Assembly: GCA_029717555.1 (NCBI GenBank)
Contig: JAMDHS010000003.1
Span: 372,001-436,000 of the forward strand
DNA from: Peribolospora baueri
Taxonomy: Eukaryota
Direction of reading: 5' to 3'
Length of the DNA stretch: 64,000 nucleotides
In this document: positions 45,934 to 58,406 of the stretch, in pieces
How the letters are laid out: each line of letters opens with the position of its first letter
Numbering within the stretch: the first letter of the stretch is position 1
Translations under genes and position numbers: made by a program
The notes under the pieces: model-generated
What the model was told of the DNA's origin: nothing
Databases searched by the model: none
What the model saw: the letters and a program-made list of their open reading frames with translations, nothing else

Positions 45934-48900
45934 TCACATGCCCCACCGGCTCCTAAGGCCTTCAAACCACCGTCCATATAGCATATCCGCGATCGGGTTC
46001 CTCGAAGGCTCTGCAGAGGACGAGCTACCGGCGTCTTCGCTCCCGAGGTCGGCGTTTCCGTTCCTTCGCTCCTTCGACGCCAGTTTTTGGCGGAAAGTCA
46101 TTGAGAGGTTTTCTCGAACGCCTTCGCTCCTGTTGGCGGGGCCGGAGTGACAGGGTACGTACGGAAAGAGTCAGCGGAAAGACAGCGAAAACAAAGCTTT
46201 GCAAGACGACTGACGCGTTGATGCTCAGGAGTAGATCCACGATCGTGTCGTACGCCAGCTTGGGATTGACTTCGCTGAGATCGGAAAAACCCTTGGAGAT
46301 CATCTCCAGCGACTCGATCTCCTTCGCTGAAAGTTCATTCTGCGAAGATTGCTGTATCATGGATCGGCCGATAGTCATAGTCAGCACAAGCATCCCTTGT
46401 GGCCGACGGGGTGAACATGAGCCCCAACGGCACTTACCCGTTGCATGACGGGCACGACGACGTCCCTGACCACGTCCCTGCCCGCCTTTTCCTCCTCCAT
46501 TCTCCTCCTCTCATCCGCACTCTTCTTTCGCTCCTTCTTGAGCTTGTTTCGCTCGCTCGAGTTCCCGTTCGAGCCTTTGCTCGAAGCGGATGACTCGCCC
46601 GTCGCGCTGCTCCGTCCATCCATCGCACCAGGGATCGACAAGTCGTCGCCGAGAGCGCTGTTTGCCAATGAAGCGCGTCGGCGAACGGAGCCGACGAACT
46701 CCGCGGATACTCGTTGAGAGCCAGCCGAGTCGAGCCGACGGATCGGGCGCACGGTATCCATCCTGTGTCCAACGAAAAGGAAACACATCGCCGTCAGCTC
46801 ACGTTCGTAGGAGACCACGCGAAAGTTTCGGGGAGATTGAAACCGAGCTCGTCAAGCTCACCCCGTGCCCACGTCCCCTTCCTTGACCACGGTTCCGTTG
46901 AGGTCGTTCCGTTGCTTCCAGCTACTCCTCTTCATGCTGCCCGTCATACTCCCAGTGTCACTCAAAGCGCTAGGCGGGCGCAAGGAATCCACGCTTGGCT
47001 TGTTAGCCGCCGAACCGTTCTCCCCACTCGGGGATCCCGGCCCTTGTCTGCTCGCGCCCGAGGGTGACGAAGGAGTCGGAGTGCCGGCACCGGACCGAGA
47101 GTCGCTCGATTCGCTACCCTCATCCGCCGCGTCGTCGTTCACGGCCTGTCGACGGTCTGGCCGGCTTCCCTCGAGGTCGTTGATCGGATCCGCCACCTTA
47201 AGAAGCTCGTCCGCCGGCCGATGACCTCGAACGGTCCCGTAACCCTCGAGGTCTTCCGCGTCCAGCGGGGCTCCCCTTGCCTCCCCCTCTTCCTCCTCCT
47301 CATCGGATTCTTCCTCCCAAATCTCGTTTTCACCCATGTTGTACAACCGGCTCGGGCGCGAACGGGTGGTGCCACCGACGTATCCCTCCTCATCGCCGAT
47401 GTCCCCAATCTCTCCCTCGTTCAAACTGCTGCGCATCGTGTCCCACTGCCATTCGCTGACCACCGTCCCGTCGGCGCGCACCGTACCGCCGGCATCGAGC
47501 TCTGGCTCTCCCGCGCCGTCCAAGTGATCACGCGCGATCTGCCCGCCCCTGTTCGGACCGCGCGCCTTCCAGTCCTGGTGTCGCTCGATGAGCTCGGTAA
47601 GTTGGCTCGTCTTCCTGGCAGACTTGACGAAACGGTGATTGAGAAGTTCACGCGTCGTCGGGCGCTGCTTGGGATCCTTGATCAAGCACAGGTCGACAAA
47701 GTCCTTGAACGCGCTGGAGAAGTTACCGTCAAGCGTTGGCGACTTGGCCTTGGGGATGAGGAAGAGGACGCGCATTGGGTGATACTCGGCCAACGGGGGC
47801 TCGCCCTTGGCCATCTCAATGGCCGTGATACCGAGCGACCATAGGTCCGCCTTTGCGTCATAACCGGCCTGACGGATAACTTCAGGAGCCATCCAAAACG
47901 GCGTGCCCACAAATGTGTTTCGACGAGACTTGTTGGTGGATAGTTGAGCAGCAACGCCGAAATCGGCTGAGTGCGCAAAAAAGCGATGAGTGACGAAGAA
48001 AAGAGGACGCGATCATGAGCCAACAGTTCGCCACGGGACCGAACGGGGAGGAAAAATCAGCTCACCAAGCTTGACCTTTCCGGCCGCGGAAAGAAGAACG
48101 TTGGCGGCTAGAGAATGACGACAACCAAAGTCAGACGATTCCCACAGTGGTCAGACTCCCTCGACCCACGAAAGATCGAACCCGTTCGTGTGCGTCCGTC
48201 TTTACCGCTCACCCTTTATGTCCCGATGAATCTTCCCCTCGCTGTGGAGATAGTCAAGGCCGAGGAGGAGCTCGCGACAAATGATAGCGATGTGCGCCTC
48301 GCTGAACGGACCTGCTTTGAGCAGGTCGAGGCACGAACCCCCAGCAAGGTATTCCATCACTGCAAAGGTTCGGAGGCGGCAGGCATACGTCATCATAAAT
48401 AAAGTTCGACAGAGGCCCGGAGCTGTCGATCGCCGGAGATGGACTTACCGATCCAGAGCTTGTACCCCCTTACAAAGCTACCATAGTACCTGGTGACATA
48501 CTCCGAGTCGCACTGGGCGAGGTGTGCGATCTCGAGCTGGATCTCGGAAATGTCGTCGTCCGAGTCCTCGAGGTCAATCTGCTTGATGGCGACGATCTGC
48601 TTGGTCTCCTTGTGGATGCTTTTAGTGGGAAAAAATGCAGTGTATGCGTGAGCCAAGACCCGGAGGAAAGGCGTTGTGCAAGGATCGGTGCCTACTGTCC
48701 ACTCGGTGGCCCGGCTAGCTGAACCTCGCGATCATCCGCTACAACCGTATCCGACAGCAGACGTTTTCACTGATAAGAGAGACTCACGCCTTGTACACGA
48801 CACCGAAGCTCCCCGTGCCCAGTTTCTCCAACAGAGTGTACTGCGCCGCGAGCTCATCGCCGTCTGCGGGACCGGCATAGGTGAAGGCATCGAAGGCGGT

Positions 48901-49008
48901 GACGGGGCTGGAAGGAGACTTCTTCGGGACTCCGGCGGCGACTCCGGTCAAGCCATTGGTTTGCACTTGAGGTGGAATTGGGGAGGTAGGAGAACGGGGG
49001 CCGGGCAT
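45934..49008 (-). CDS. STE20-family GCK (YSK/MST/Sid1-like) Ser/Thr kinase, multi-exon
   Basis: [102 protein letters not shown]-terminus [18 protein letters not shown]. The start is the first in-frame ATG; the frame stays open about 50 codons further upstream. Confidence 0.93.
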
Positions 49009-50665
49009 GCCAGAGGAAGTTACAGGAGAGCTGGGCGTCTCGAAACTCTGTTCGCTGGCGCCGGCGGGGGGGGACAGGGAGGGTGAAGGGGAGGGCGAGG
49101 AAGAAGCCTGAGTGTGCTCAGTGGAGTTGATGCTGGACGAGGAGCGGCGAGACGGCAAACGGGGAGAAAGGCGAGGCGAAAGGGGTGCAATGATGTTGGG
49201 CTAAGGTGATGAGGAGGAAAGGAGAAGGTGGAGTGGGTTGCAAAGGTACACACGAGCGTGACGGTGAAGCAGGCGGGCTACGATCAGTACGACCGTCTAT
49301 CGATCACAAGGGACGGCCAGCGTGTGCTGTACGCACCATGACAATGCGGCGAGCGCGTAAGAGAGTCAACCTCCACCGGTCGCGCTGAGTGAAAGGCTAA
49401 AGCGGGACCGTAGATAGGGCGCCGATCTCTCGGGGCTGGCGGGTAAGCGGGGTTAAGGACTATCGAAGCGCGGGAGCGGAGGCGAGCATGCGAGGAGTGA
49501 ATGCGTGCCGCGACAAAGAGGTGGGGAGAGAGAGAGACGAGATGAAAAGTCGTACGGGTCGTGAATCGGACTAAAAGGCCGGGTCGGTGAGGGTGGGGGT
49601 AATGGTGATGGTGGTGGGGTTAGTGGTCTCTCCCTGAGGTCCAGTCTCGTCGACAGGGAGCTGGCGAGCGGCGGCGAAACGGGGCGAGGGTGTAAAGGAG
49701 GGTGAAGGCGACGGGGAGGTTGGGGGTCGCGATGGACGAGGGGAGAGGATGAGGAGAAGGAGAAGGAGAAGGAGGACGGGAATGTGGAGAGGAAGAGGGA
49801 GGAAAGGAAAAGAGAGCGGTGACGAGGGGCGTGCCGAGCGCGCGACGGCCCGTCTGGTCTGGCCTGTGGCCGACTGCGGTGGCGAGCGAGAGGGACGAGG
49901 ACGAGCGGCGTATTTACTTTACTGTCCTTAGTTACGTCACATTACTCTCAGGGCTCCCTTTCTTGCCCGGGCGAGCCGAATCACAATCACGCGGGCGCAG
50001 CCGACGTCGTCCTCCGTCAGCGTCGTTCAGGGACGAGGGAACCGGAGGGGACGCCGGAGGACGAGAGCGGAGCAGAGAAGAGAGGGAGGCTCTAAAAAAA
50101 CAAAGGTACGCAGACGCAGACGCCGCCTCGGGCAGCAACGACGAGCAAGGCTTCCTCCGTCTCTCCTCTCCCTCAGTGTCTCTTGATCACCTCGCCCGCT
50201 CAGGGGCTCGGCTCGGAGCGGCGCTTCGCGCTAGATGGTAAGGGCGCGCATTTCTTCCGCGTCGAGGTCGTCATCCTCGAGACGGGTCGATCGCTGCCCT
50301 CCGAAGGGAACGGACGAGCGAACGAACGGACCAGGACACTCCCTCCTAAGTCTCTCGCCCCGCATTTCCACTCGCAAACGACGACGAGACGTCGCCGGGC
50401 TACGTGCCGTCCTCGGCCTTCTCCCAGCGCTCGCCCGTGTCGAGCGGGACGGGCGCGCAAAGACGGAAAAAAAACAAGTGCATCCTATATTTTCCTCGAC
50501 CTATCCTTCGCGCCAGGACGTGCACGTAAGCTTTGGTACATGCCCGTCTCGTCGCTATCAAATCGAAGCGCCAGAGGTCAAGTTTCCAACCCAGTTCAAG
50601 AGCAATTCAAGAGCAAAACCAAGAGCATCAGACCACGGAAAGGGTAAACATTGAACCAGTCACAT

Positions 50666-53532
50666 CTAAAGCTTTGCTTTAGCCGCTTTCTCGTCCTTGG
50701 CCATCTGGTCGCGGAGGACGCGTCGGAGGATCTTGCCGCTGGAAGACTGTGACACGGCAAGGGTATAAATGAGCATCTCGTCCATGAACCCTAACCCCCT
50801 TCTAACATTTCTCCCCATCCCCCCCACCGCCCGCTTCGCTTGCTCGCTCACCTTCGGAATGCTCTCAATCGCCACCACACCGCCCCTCAACTTCTTGTGA
50901 TTCGCCGCCCGTTCCGCCACAAACGCGGACACGCTCTTCGCCAGCGCCTCTCGCTTGGCCACGCTCGCATATGCGGCCAGCCCGCCGCGCGGAACGACGT
51001 ACGCGCGTGGCAGCTCGGTCGCCTGCGACGCATCGTACACGCCCATCACGGCAACGTCGGCCACGTCCGGGTGCGTCAGCACGAGCGCTTCCAGCTCCGC
51101 CGGAGCCACTGTAAGGGTGGGGAAGAGCGAATCCCCATGCGGCAGCGTCAGTCAGTTCGGCCTCCTTCGGCATGCCTCAAACAAGGGCGACGACGGGTTG
51201 GAGGAGAAGGAGGAAATTATACCTTGAACGCCCTTGTACTTGATGAGTTCCTTCTTCCTGTCTACGATGTAGTAGAGATCGTTCTTGATGACGGCGATGT
51301 CGCCCGTGTGGAAGAACCTGTCCTTGTCGATGGATTCCGCCGTCGCTGTCGGATTGTTCAGGTAGGCCCTGGAAAGGAACCGAAGTGATGGTCGCCAGAC
51401 AAAAGGACGAAGAAGCGAGGAGATCGAAATAGGCACGAGAGGACATCGCCGTCGCTGTCAGTGATCGCCGTCTGGAATGCAAACCTAATCTGATGCACTG
51501 TGGAAGAAGACGGGACTGACTTCATGACGCTTGGTCCGCGTAGCCAGAGCTCGCCGGGATGGCCGGGAGCAGCGTCTGTGCCTAGAAGGGTTAATGGACG
51601 AGCAAAAAAAATAACCAGGGAGGCCCACCAGCAACAATGTCGCGTCAGTCTCACTCCCGAGCACCTGGTGGTAGCTTGGTGCATCTCAGACAGCTGCTCA
51701 CCGTCGTCCTGAACGAGCCTAGCCTCCAAGCCCGGGAAGAGATACCCGATGCTGCCGGGTTGGAAGTCCTCTGTGGGCATGTAATGCGTCGCTGAAATGG
51801 ACAAAAGGCGGCAATCGTACAAACTCTGTCAGCTCGTCACCGCAAATAGATAGATTGGGCAAGCCGCCGGGAGACGTTGCAACCGTTTCCAGTACACTCA
51901 CTAGGTCTAAAGTAGCGACCGACATACGGTAGTGGCGGAACAGACGGATGCATTGTCAGAGTTCGCTTGCTCGAACGTCCCGCGGAGGTAATCGATTCTC
52001 GAAAACGGCGCCCAGCAAACTCACGACGTCTCCGTCAATCCATACCCTTGCACGGGCAGGACTTCGATGCGCTCTTTGACTTCGTACGCTAGCTCCCCGC
52101 TGAAAGGCGCAGCCTACAGAGAACAGGGGAGGCGGGCTCAAGTCTTAGTCCATGAACGATTCGGTGGGACGTTGCCGGACATGTGCGCTGTGACCGATCG
52201 CTTGGGACTCACCCCGACAATGAGGAGGCGGAGCGAAGTAAGATCGTACTTGGCCACACGAGGGTCCTTGGCCAGCAAGACGCAGATGGGAGGAACGACG
52301 ATGGAGATCTGCACGTGCACGTGAGAGGGAGTTCAGAACGTAAGTTTGGCATCTGAGTCGGTATGAGGGAGATGATAATGGGCGAGAGCAGCAAAGGAGC
52401 TCACGGTGGCCTTGTGCTTCTGTATCGCTTTGCAGTACTCTTCCAGGTCGAACTTGGGTAGGACGACAGTGGTAAATCCGAAGAGGATGGCCAAGTGCAC
52501 AATCTTTGTGAGTGCAAAGATGTGATAGCTGAAGGCGAAAGCGGTGAGGGAGGGCGATCTGATGCGTCAGAGAATTCTTCGTGCAGCTGACTAGAGTTCT
52601 GAAGACGACTACTCACAAGGGGAGCGCAACAACGGTGCGATCCTTGTCGGTCCAGCGGTCCCTCTTGAAGCCGTGCCACATCATGCTCAACACGGAAGTC
52701 TGCATGAACGAAAGCATTCATCCATCATTCGGTGAGTGGGGGTCAGTGATCTTTCCGTTCTACAAAAGCTCGACACTTGAAAAACTCACAAGGTTTCGAT
52801 GCGTCAGCTCCACGCCCTTGGGCCTCCCGCTCGTCCCGCTGGAATAGGAAAGGAACAGCGTCTCGTCCTCGGGATTGTCGACCGGATGAGGCTCCAACTT
52901 CTTCCCTCCTGCAAGCTGGATGATCGTCCTTACGTTCTTGTCCTTGCCACTGCCGCTGGGATCGAGGACCCAGACCTTGTCCTTGATATCCTTCTCTGTC
53001 CAGCCGGCCTTCCTCAACGCTTGCACGGCCGTATTAAGCAGGCCGGGATGGGCGAAGAGGACCTGGGTACCGCTGTCGGCGAGTTGAAAAGCGAGCTCGT
53101 CGGCGGTGTAGGCGGCGTTGCAAGGGGAGATGCGCAGACCGGCGCACTCGGCGCCGTTGACAATGAGTGGGTAGTCGATGGAGTTGGGAGAGAAGATGGC
53201 GATGACGGTGCGAGGAGCGAGGCCGAGATTGTGCCGCAGAGCGTAGGCGAGCTGGTGGACGCTCTCGCGAAGACCTCCGCGACTGCATACATGGACATGG
53301 ACGAGGAAAAAGGACCGAGAGAAGACAAAGTTACACTTCACGGGATGTCGATACGCTTACTAGGAGAACAGCTCCCCAACGACCCCACGACTCACGTCCA
53401 TCCCTGGCCCTCTGGAGAGACGAAAAGAAGCTTGCTATCGTCGACGCCATAAGGGTTCGACCAGAGGTAGTTGAAGAGGCTGCCAGGCACCCGTTCCGGA
53501 GTCGGGTAAGGCGACTTGTAGATCCTGACCAT
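50666..53532 (-). CDS. Peroxisomal 4-coumarate:CoA ligase-like acyl-CoA synthetase (ANL family), multi-exon
   Basis: YSSGTSGRPKGVELTHRN (AMP-binding P-loop); GAAPFSG; GELWLRGPSVMK; FFHTGDIA; IVDRKKELIKYKG.Q|VAPAELEALVL; PK|SSSGKILRR; C-terminal AKL (PTS1). Confidence 0.93.
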
Positions 53533-54301
53533 GTCTATTCTATGGATGTGCTGAAGACGATGGCAGATGAGACAATGTGGGGCAGCGGCTGGTCGAGGGG
53601 TCGCTTGTCGGATGGTGATGAAGTAATGACTGCTCGAGCGTACTCGAGTGCTCTACTGAGTGTCGTTGGGGATGGGATCTTTAAGTGGGGAAGGGCAGTT
53701 GCTTTGGGCGTGAAAAGGCGGGCGGGCTGAATGTTTTTCTCCACTCACTGTCCGGCTCATATGGAGGGGCCCCGACCCCGGTCTCCGGCTGCACCTCTTC
53801 CGGCCTCCGCTTCGGCAAGTGCCGGCCTCCGATCGCTTCATTCGAAGGGGGTGGCGGACGCTCGTCGCGGCTCCTTCTGACGCCCTAAGTAACAAACAAA
53901 GCTGTAGGGATGTGGCCTGTCTGACTTCGAATTGCGAGGCACATGTACATATCCAAATTCCACTCACTACCACGCAGCGGGAGCATGGCATACGGCACAG
54001 ACCTAGCCGATGCCGGGAGGGGAGCGGAGGGCGCCCGCCAAAGCATCGTGGCGAAGGAAGGAGTTTGTCGTCATCTCATCTATCTCCTTTGCTTCTTTTA
54101 AATGTACGGCCTCGATCCCAGACAGCTGGTACGAGTCTTTCAGCATGCGCTTCTCCGTCAGATTCCACGCACTGGGGTGCTCTGGAGACAGGATGGTGGC
54201 CGAGCATGGAGGGAGGAAGGGGGGTTCAAGTCGATGATGATATGGATGCAAAAGGCAAAACCACCTTGGAAGAGCGAGATGATTATCTATCTGTGAGACG
54301 G

Positions 54302-55156
54302 CTACGACGAAGAAGACGCTTCCTTTGACTCCTCCCGAACCCTCTCCCTTTCCAAAGCCCTCCTGATCGTTCTCAACCAGCGCTCCGGAAGCTGCATGAG
54401 CCCGAAGTCCTTGGTCACCACCCTGTACGTGTCCACCCGCTCATACGTCTCTGGCATGATCTTGCTAGAAACGAAGTTTACCGAGGCGAGGATGTCTTCG
54501 GGCTCCGGCACCCGGTTAGGCATTTGGGGTGCGCGTTCGTCTAAGAATGGAATGAGCGAGGAGAAGGAGAAAAGGAAAGAGTCGCAGGACCGCAAGTCAG
54601 CGAAAGAGAGCCTTCGGATACGAAGCATCCTGGCCATCCGGCCAGCCAGCTCACCGTGGATGTGCGTCCACCCGCTCTCCCTCATCTGCGCTTCCGCCTC
54701 CAGAAATTCGTCCTCGGGCACACACTCCTCTTTTATTGCCTGATGCAACACGTCGAAGAACCGCTTGTTCGGCACCGCCCTCTCCACGTCCGTTCCAACC
54801 TCCGGCTCTCCGGCCCCATCGTTGTTGGAGCCCCCCGTGGGCCTCAACCACCCTATGAGCGCGGCAGAGTCAGCTCGCACGGGAGGATCGTGGAGCAGCG
54901 AGATACCCCATGAAGCCTCAGACTGGGAGAGAGGGTTCGGAGCGGGATAGAGATGGTAGTGGATTCCTGATGGGTGGGCGGCGTCTCGGACCGAACGTTT
55001 CGCAGCGAGGAGTATCGACGACGCGTGCAGATGGCGCAGGCAGAAAGAAGCTGACGTCTTCGTCGTCGCCGTTCGCGGGCAAGCAAAAGGAGCTCTCGAG
55101 AGCGTCGCCTTTGTGCCCAGAAGAATTGAACGAGGTAAGAGCGGTGCGAGCGACAT
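54302..55156 (-). CDS. Hypothetical protein with a predicted mitochondrial presequence, 2 exons
   Basis: Arg/Ser/Leu-rich N-terminus (MSLAPLLPRSILLG...LRHLHAS). The in-frame intron ~54651-54542 joins SGWTHIH|DERAPQMPNRVPEPEDILASV...YERVDTYRVVTKDFGLMQL. Confidence 0.75.
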   Translation of the reverse strand: MSLAPLLPRSILLGTKATLSRAPFACPRTATTKTSASFCLRHLHASSILLAAKRSVRDAAHPSGIHYHLYPAPNPLSQSEASWGISLLHDPPVRADSAALIGWLRPTGGSNNDGAGEPEVGTDVERAVPNKRFFDVLHQAIKEECVPEDEFLEAEAQMRESGWTHIHGELAGRMARMLRIRRLSFADLRSCDSFLFSFSSLIPFLDERAPQMPNRVPEPEDILASVNFVSSKIMPETYERVDTYRVVTKDFGLMQLPERWLRTIRRALERERVREESKEASSSS

Positions 55157-55453
55157 TCGGCGGGGTGATGAAAGGAGGTGATCGCTCGAAGAAAAGAGGT
55201 CGGCGTCTGCGAGCGATCGGTCACCGCGAGCCGGCCGGTTGCCACTTGGGAGAAGCGAGCGCGTCGGAGGAACGGACGGATCAACTTTTAGGCTCGACCC
55301 TTTCTTCCAAGCATCGAGTACAAACAGAGGCTGTAAGTAGACTTGACGTCCAGCGGCCATGGCCTCACTGAACGAATTTGGATATAAACAGGGTTATCGC
55401 TCCTCGGGTCCTGGAGCGACGAGAAGACGTTCGCATTGCAATTAGAGACAGTG

Positions 55454-56659
55454 CTATGATCTCCCCTCATCCGGTGTCTTTTCTGCGCCGTCACCGTCCT
55501 TCTCCAACCACTCCCTCACGCCCTTCTTCTCCACCATGTGCACAAGCCCACCGGTTCCTTCCCGTATCCGCCCCGCCTGCGCCTTCGGGTGATACAGTCG
55601 TAAGATCCATCCGCATATGGAGCGGATGTCGGCCAGCGACGCGTCGAACAGCTCGTACCAGGGCTGCGGCTCCAGCGGAAGCGAGATCGGCGGATCGCAT
55701 GTTAGACAAGATAGGTAAACGGCCGCTGTCGCAATGGTCGTCGGCGGGTAGAGACAGTAGACGGGTGTCAGGAGGCTGTAGAAAAATTAAGTCAGAGATG
55801 GATTAGCGGTCCTGTCTCGAAAGGCACCCCAGACGGACCCATGGCCTCGAAGATCGAAACGCACGCGTCGTTCAAGTATCCCCACGCCTTCTGAGGGACC
55901 TCGTCGTGATCCGCAAGCTCCAATACCTGCAAATAGTTGACCATGGTCGCGTACGGCAAGTTGACCTGGACGTTGAAGCCGAGCCGCTTGAGGATCTGCA
56001 TCTCCGCGATTACGAGGTCATCCTTGGCGTCATAGAAGGCGGCGTCGAAGTAGCCCATGGGGTTATAGTGGAAGGGAGGAGCGCTAGCGTCCGACGAAGG
56101 GTCCGTGGACGAAGAGGAAGGAAGCTGGGTGGGATGCTTGGAGGAGTGCTGAGCTCGGCGGATCAGGTAGTCGTACGCGTTCACCAAGTCGCGTAACCGA
56201 ATGGGACACTCCTCGAGTTTCGAGGCGAGAAAGAGGGCGCCCATTCCGATATCCTGTTAACGTGACGATGCGAGCCCGGTCGGCTGTGCACGCTCCAAAT
56301 AACGGCCAGTCTTCTGAAGGATAACGTGGTCACTCACCCGAATGCTGAATTGCTTCAGCGAAGTGACGAACCAAAAGCGCTGAAAGAGCACCTGCGCGGT
56401 GGCCATCGCAACCTGTGGCCTAAAACGGGCACGACGGGAAGGAGACGCAGAAGGGACAAAGGAACCATCAGGTCTCATAACGCACGATCTCTTCGCGGAC
56501 GGCCTAGCGAACTCACAGCTTAAGAGCCATGCCGGCCTGCTGGATTAACTGGCAGCCATACGCGCGGAGGTCCTCCTCGAGCTCCCTCGAGATGCCGTCT
56601 TCTCCAGAAGGCGTCCAGGCGACCTGCTCTGCCGAGGCGAGGGGGTTGAGCAGGGACAT
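55454..56659 (-). CDS. Cyclin L-like protein, 4 exons
   Basis: TPSGEDGISRELEEDLRAYGCQLIQQAGMALKL|PQVAMATAQVLFQRFW; GALFLASKLEECP; AEMQILKRLGFNVQV.LPY; AWGYLNDA|LQTPVYCLY. Confidence 0.9.
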
Positions 56660-56858
56660 CGGGCGGCCCGGTCGAAGCCGAGATAGGCTCTCGATCGAGG
56701 AGGGGAGGTGGATGGCGTCACGTTGAACGGACCTGCCAGCTTGGAAGAGAAGTGATCGGCGCGCTGCTGCGGTCGCTCCTCGCAGCTCCCTCCCAGCCTT
56801 CGAACGTCCAAGCCGATCCAGGAGAGGAAAGGAAAGAGGCCAAGTCGAGCGAGCGAGA

Positions 56859-58002
56859 ATGTTCGTCGTCTTCATTTCCTTGACCCTCGCCCTGTTGGCG
56901 CTGGCGCACGTCCTGTCTTGCCTTGCTCCGGCCGCGCCGGCGACGTCTCCGCTCTGCGGGACGACGGCGAAAGGCAGACGAAAGCGTCGGGTGCTTCTCC
57001 TCACGGCACACCCCGACGACGAGTGCATGTTCTTCGCTCCCCTGGTCCTGCACCTCACGGGTCGCAACGATCAAGTCTGGGCCGTGTGTCTTTCCACTGG
57101 TGAGCATGGCTGCGAGGAGGAGCAAGATGACGTTCCAAGGGCTCCGTTTGTCTCTGGCAGCCGTGCGGTGGGCCGCATCCCTTCGTTCTCACCGAGGCCC
57201 GCTTGCACGTTCACTCCGCCCTCTCCTTCCGTCTCCTGCAGGCGACGCGGAAAAGCTCGGCTCCGTGCGGAGAGTCGAGCTGGAGAAGAGCTACCAAGTC
57301 CTGGGAGTGCCGAGAGAGCGCGTCACCTGCATTGACCATCCGTGAGCGAGCGTCTGCTTTTGTCGTCGTGATACCGCGCCAGCTCGGCCGCTCGTCTCAT
57401 TCGCCCCTGGGCGTGTGTGCTCACACATCGAAGGGCATTGCAAGATGGAATGACCACGGACTGGGACATAACTGTTATTGCCGAGGCCGTGGGCGAATTG
57501 CTTCGACGAGAGCGCATCGACACGGTGAGCCGAGTCGCTCTTCGAAGCGATGCGGGAAGATTCGAGGAGACGGCTCTAAGTACCGACCACCTCGCATCCT
57601 CCCGTCTGCCGTGCGTCTTGACAGCTAGTGACCTTTGACCATCGAGGAGTTTCCTCTCACCCGAACCACATAGCTTGCCGGCGGGCCGCAAACTTGCTTC
57701 GGAAGGTCTCGGCCAACGAAAGGACGGACGACGGCGCCTGTGCCGGCCTAGACGTCTTCGAGCTTGTCAGTCTGCCCTTGTCGAGCAAGTACCTCGGCCT
57801 TCCCGGTCCTCTCGTCCTGCACCTCCTTCACCTCCTTGGCGTCGGCAGTGCCTCTTCGTTTACCTTGCTCTCATCCCCCGCTTCGTATCTACGCGCCTTA
57901 AGCGCGATGCGCCAACATTGGACTCAGCTCGTCTGGTTTCGCTGGCTATTCGTCTGCTTCTCTAGCTACATGTGGGGCGTAGTGTTGGTACAGGTCCACT
58001 GA
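56859..58002 (+). CDS. GPI12: GlcNAc-PI de-N-acetylase (PIG-L), 4 exons
   Basis: N-terminal TM segment; VLLLTAHPDDECMFFAP; CLSTG|DAEKLGSVRRVEL; LQDG; TFDHRGVSSHPNH; AMRQHWTQLVWFRWLF..FSSYMW. Confidence 0.93.
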
Positions 58003-58406
58003 GGGCCACCGGCGTCCTCATCTCTCCTCTCGTAGTCAGCGATGGGCGCTGATCCTGATTCGTGGGTCCCGTCCCTGGATCTGTTTTCTGGCATGTACCT
58101 CTGGACGGGCAATGGTGCCCTATGCTGGATGCTCATCCGTGAGAAGTAGAAACGTCGCGTCGCGTCGTGTCGTTACCGCATGACCGAGAGAGAGGCCGCG
58201 CTCAGGGGGCCCTGGACTGGATGGCCATGGGCTATATATTCGGTCAATCTCGCTTTTTTCTTTCTCCTCTCCTACTTCCAGCATCTTCGTCTCTCTCCTT
58301 CCGCACCCTCTTCTTGCACTGCTCCGTGGTTCCTCCCATCCCACTCTGCCCTGCTCTATCTTCCTTTCTAACTTTCACGTTCTACTTCCAGCCCTCACCG
58401 TTTTTC

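Noticed and set aside
49009..49158. TTG-initiated N-terminal extension of the STE20 kinase
   Set aside because: The TTG context is poor, and a usable in-frame ATG at 49008 precedes all conserved sequence.
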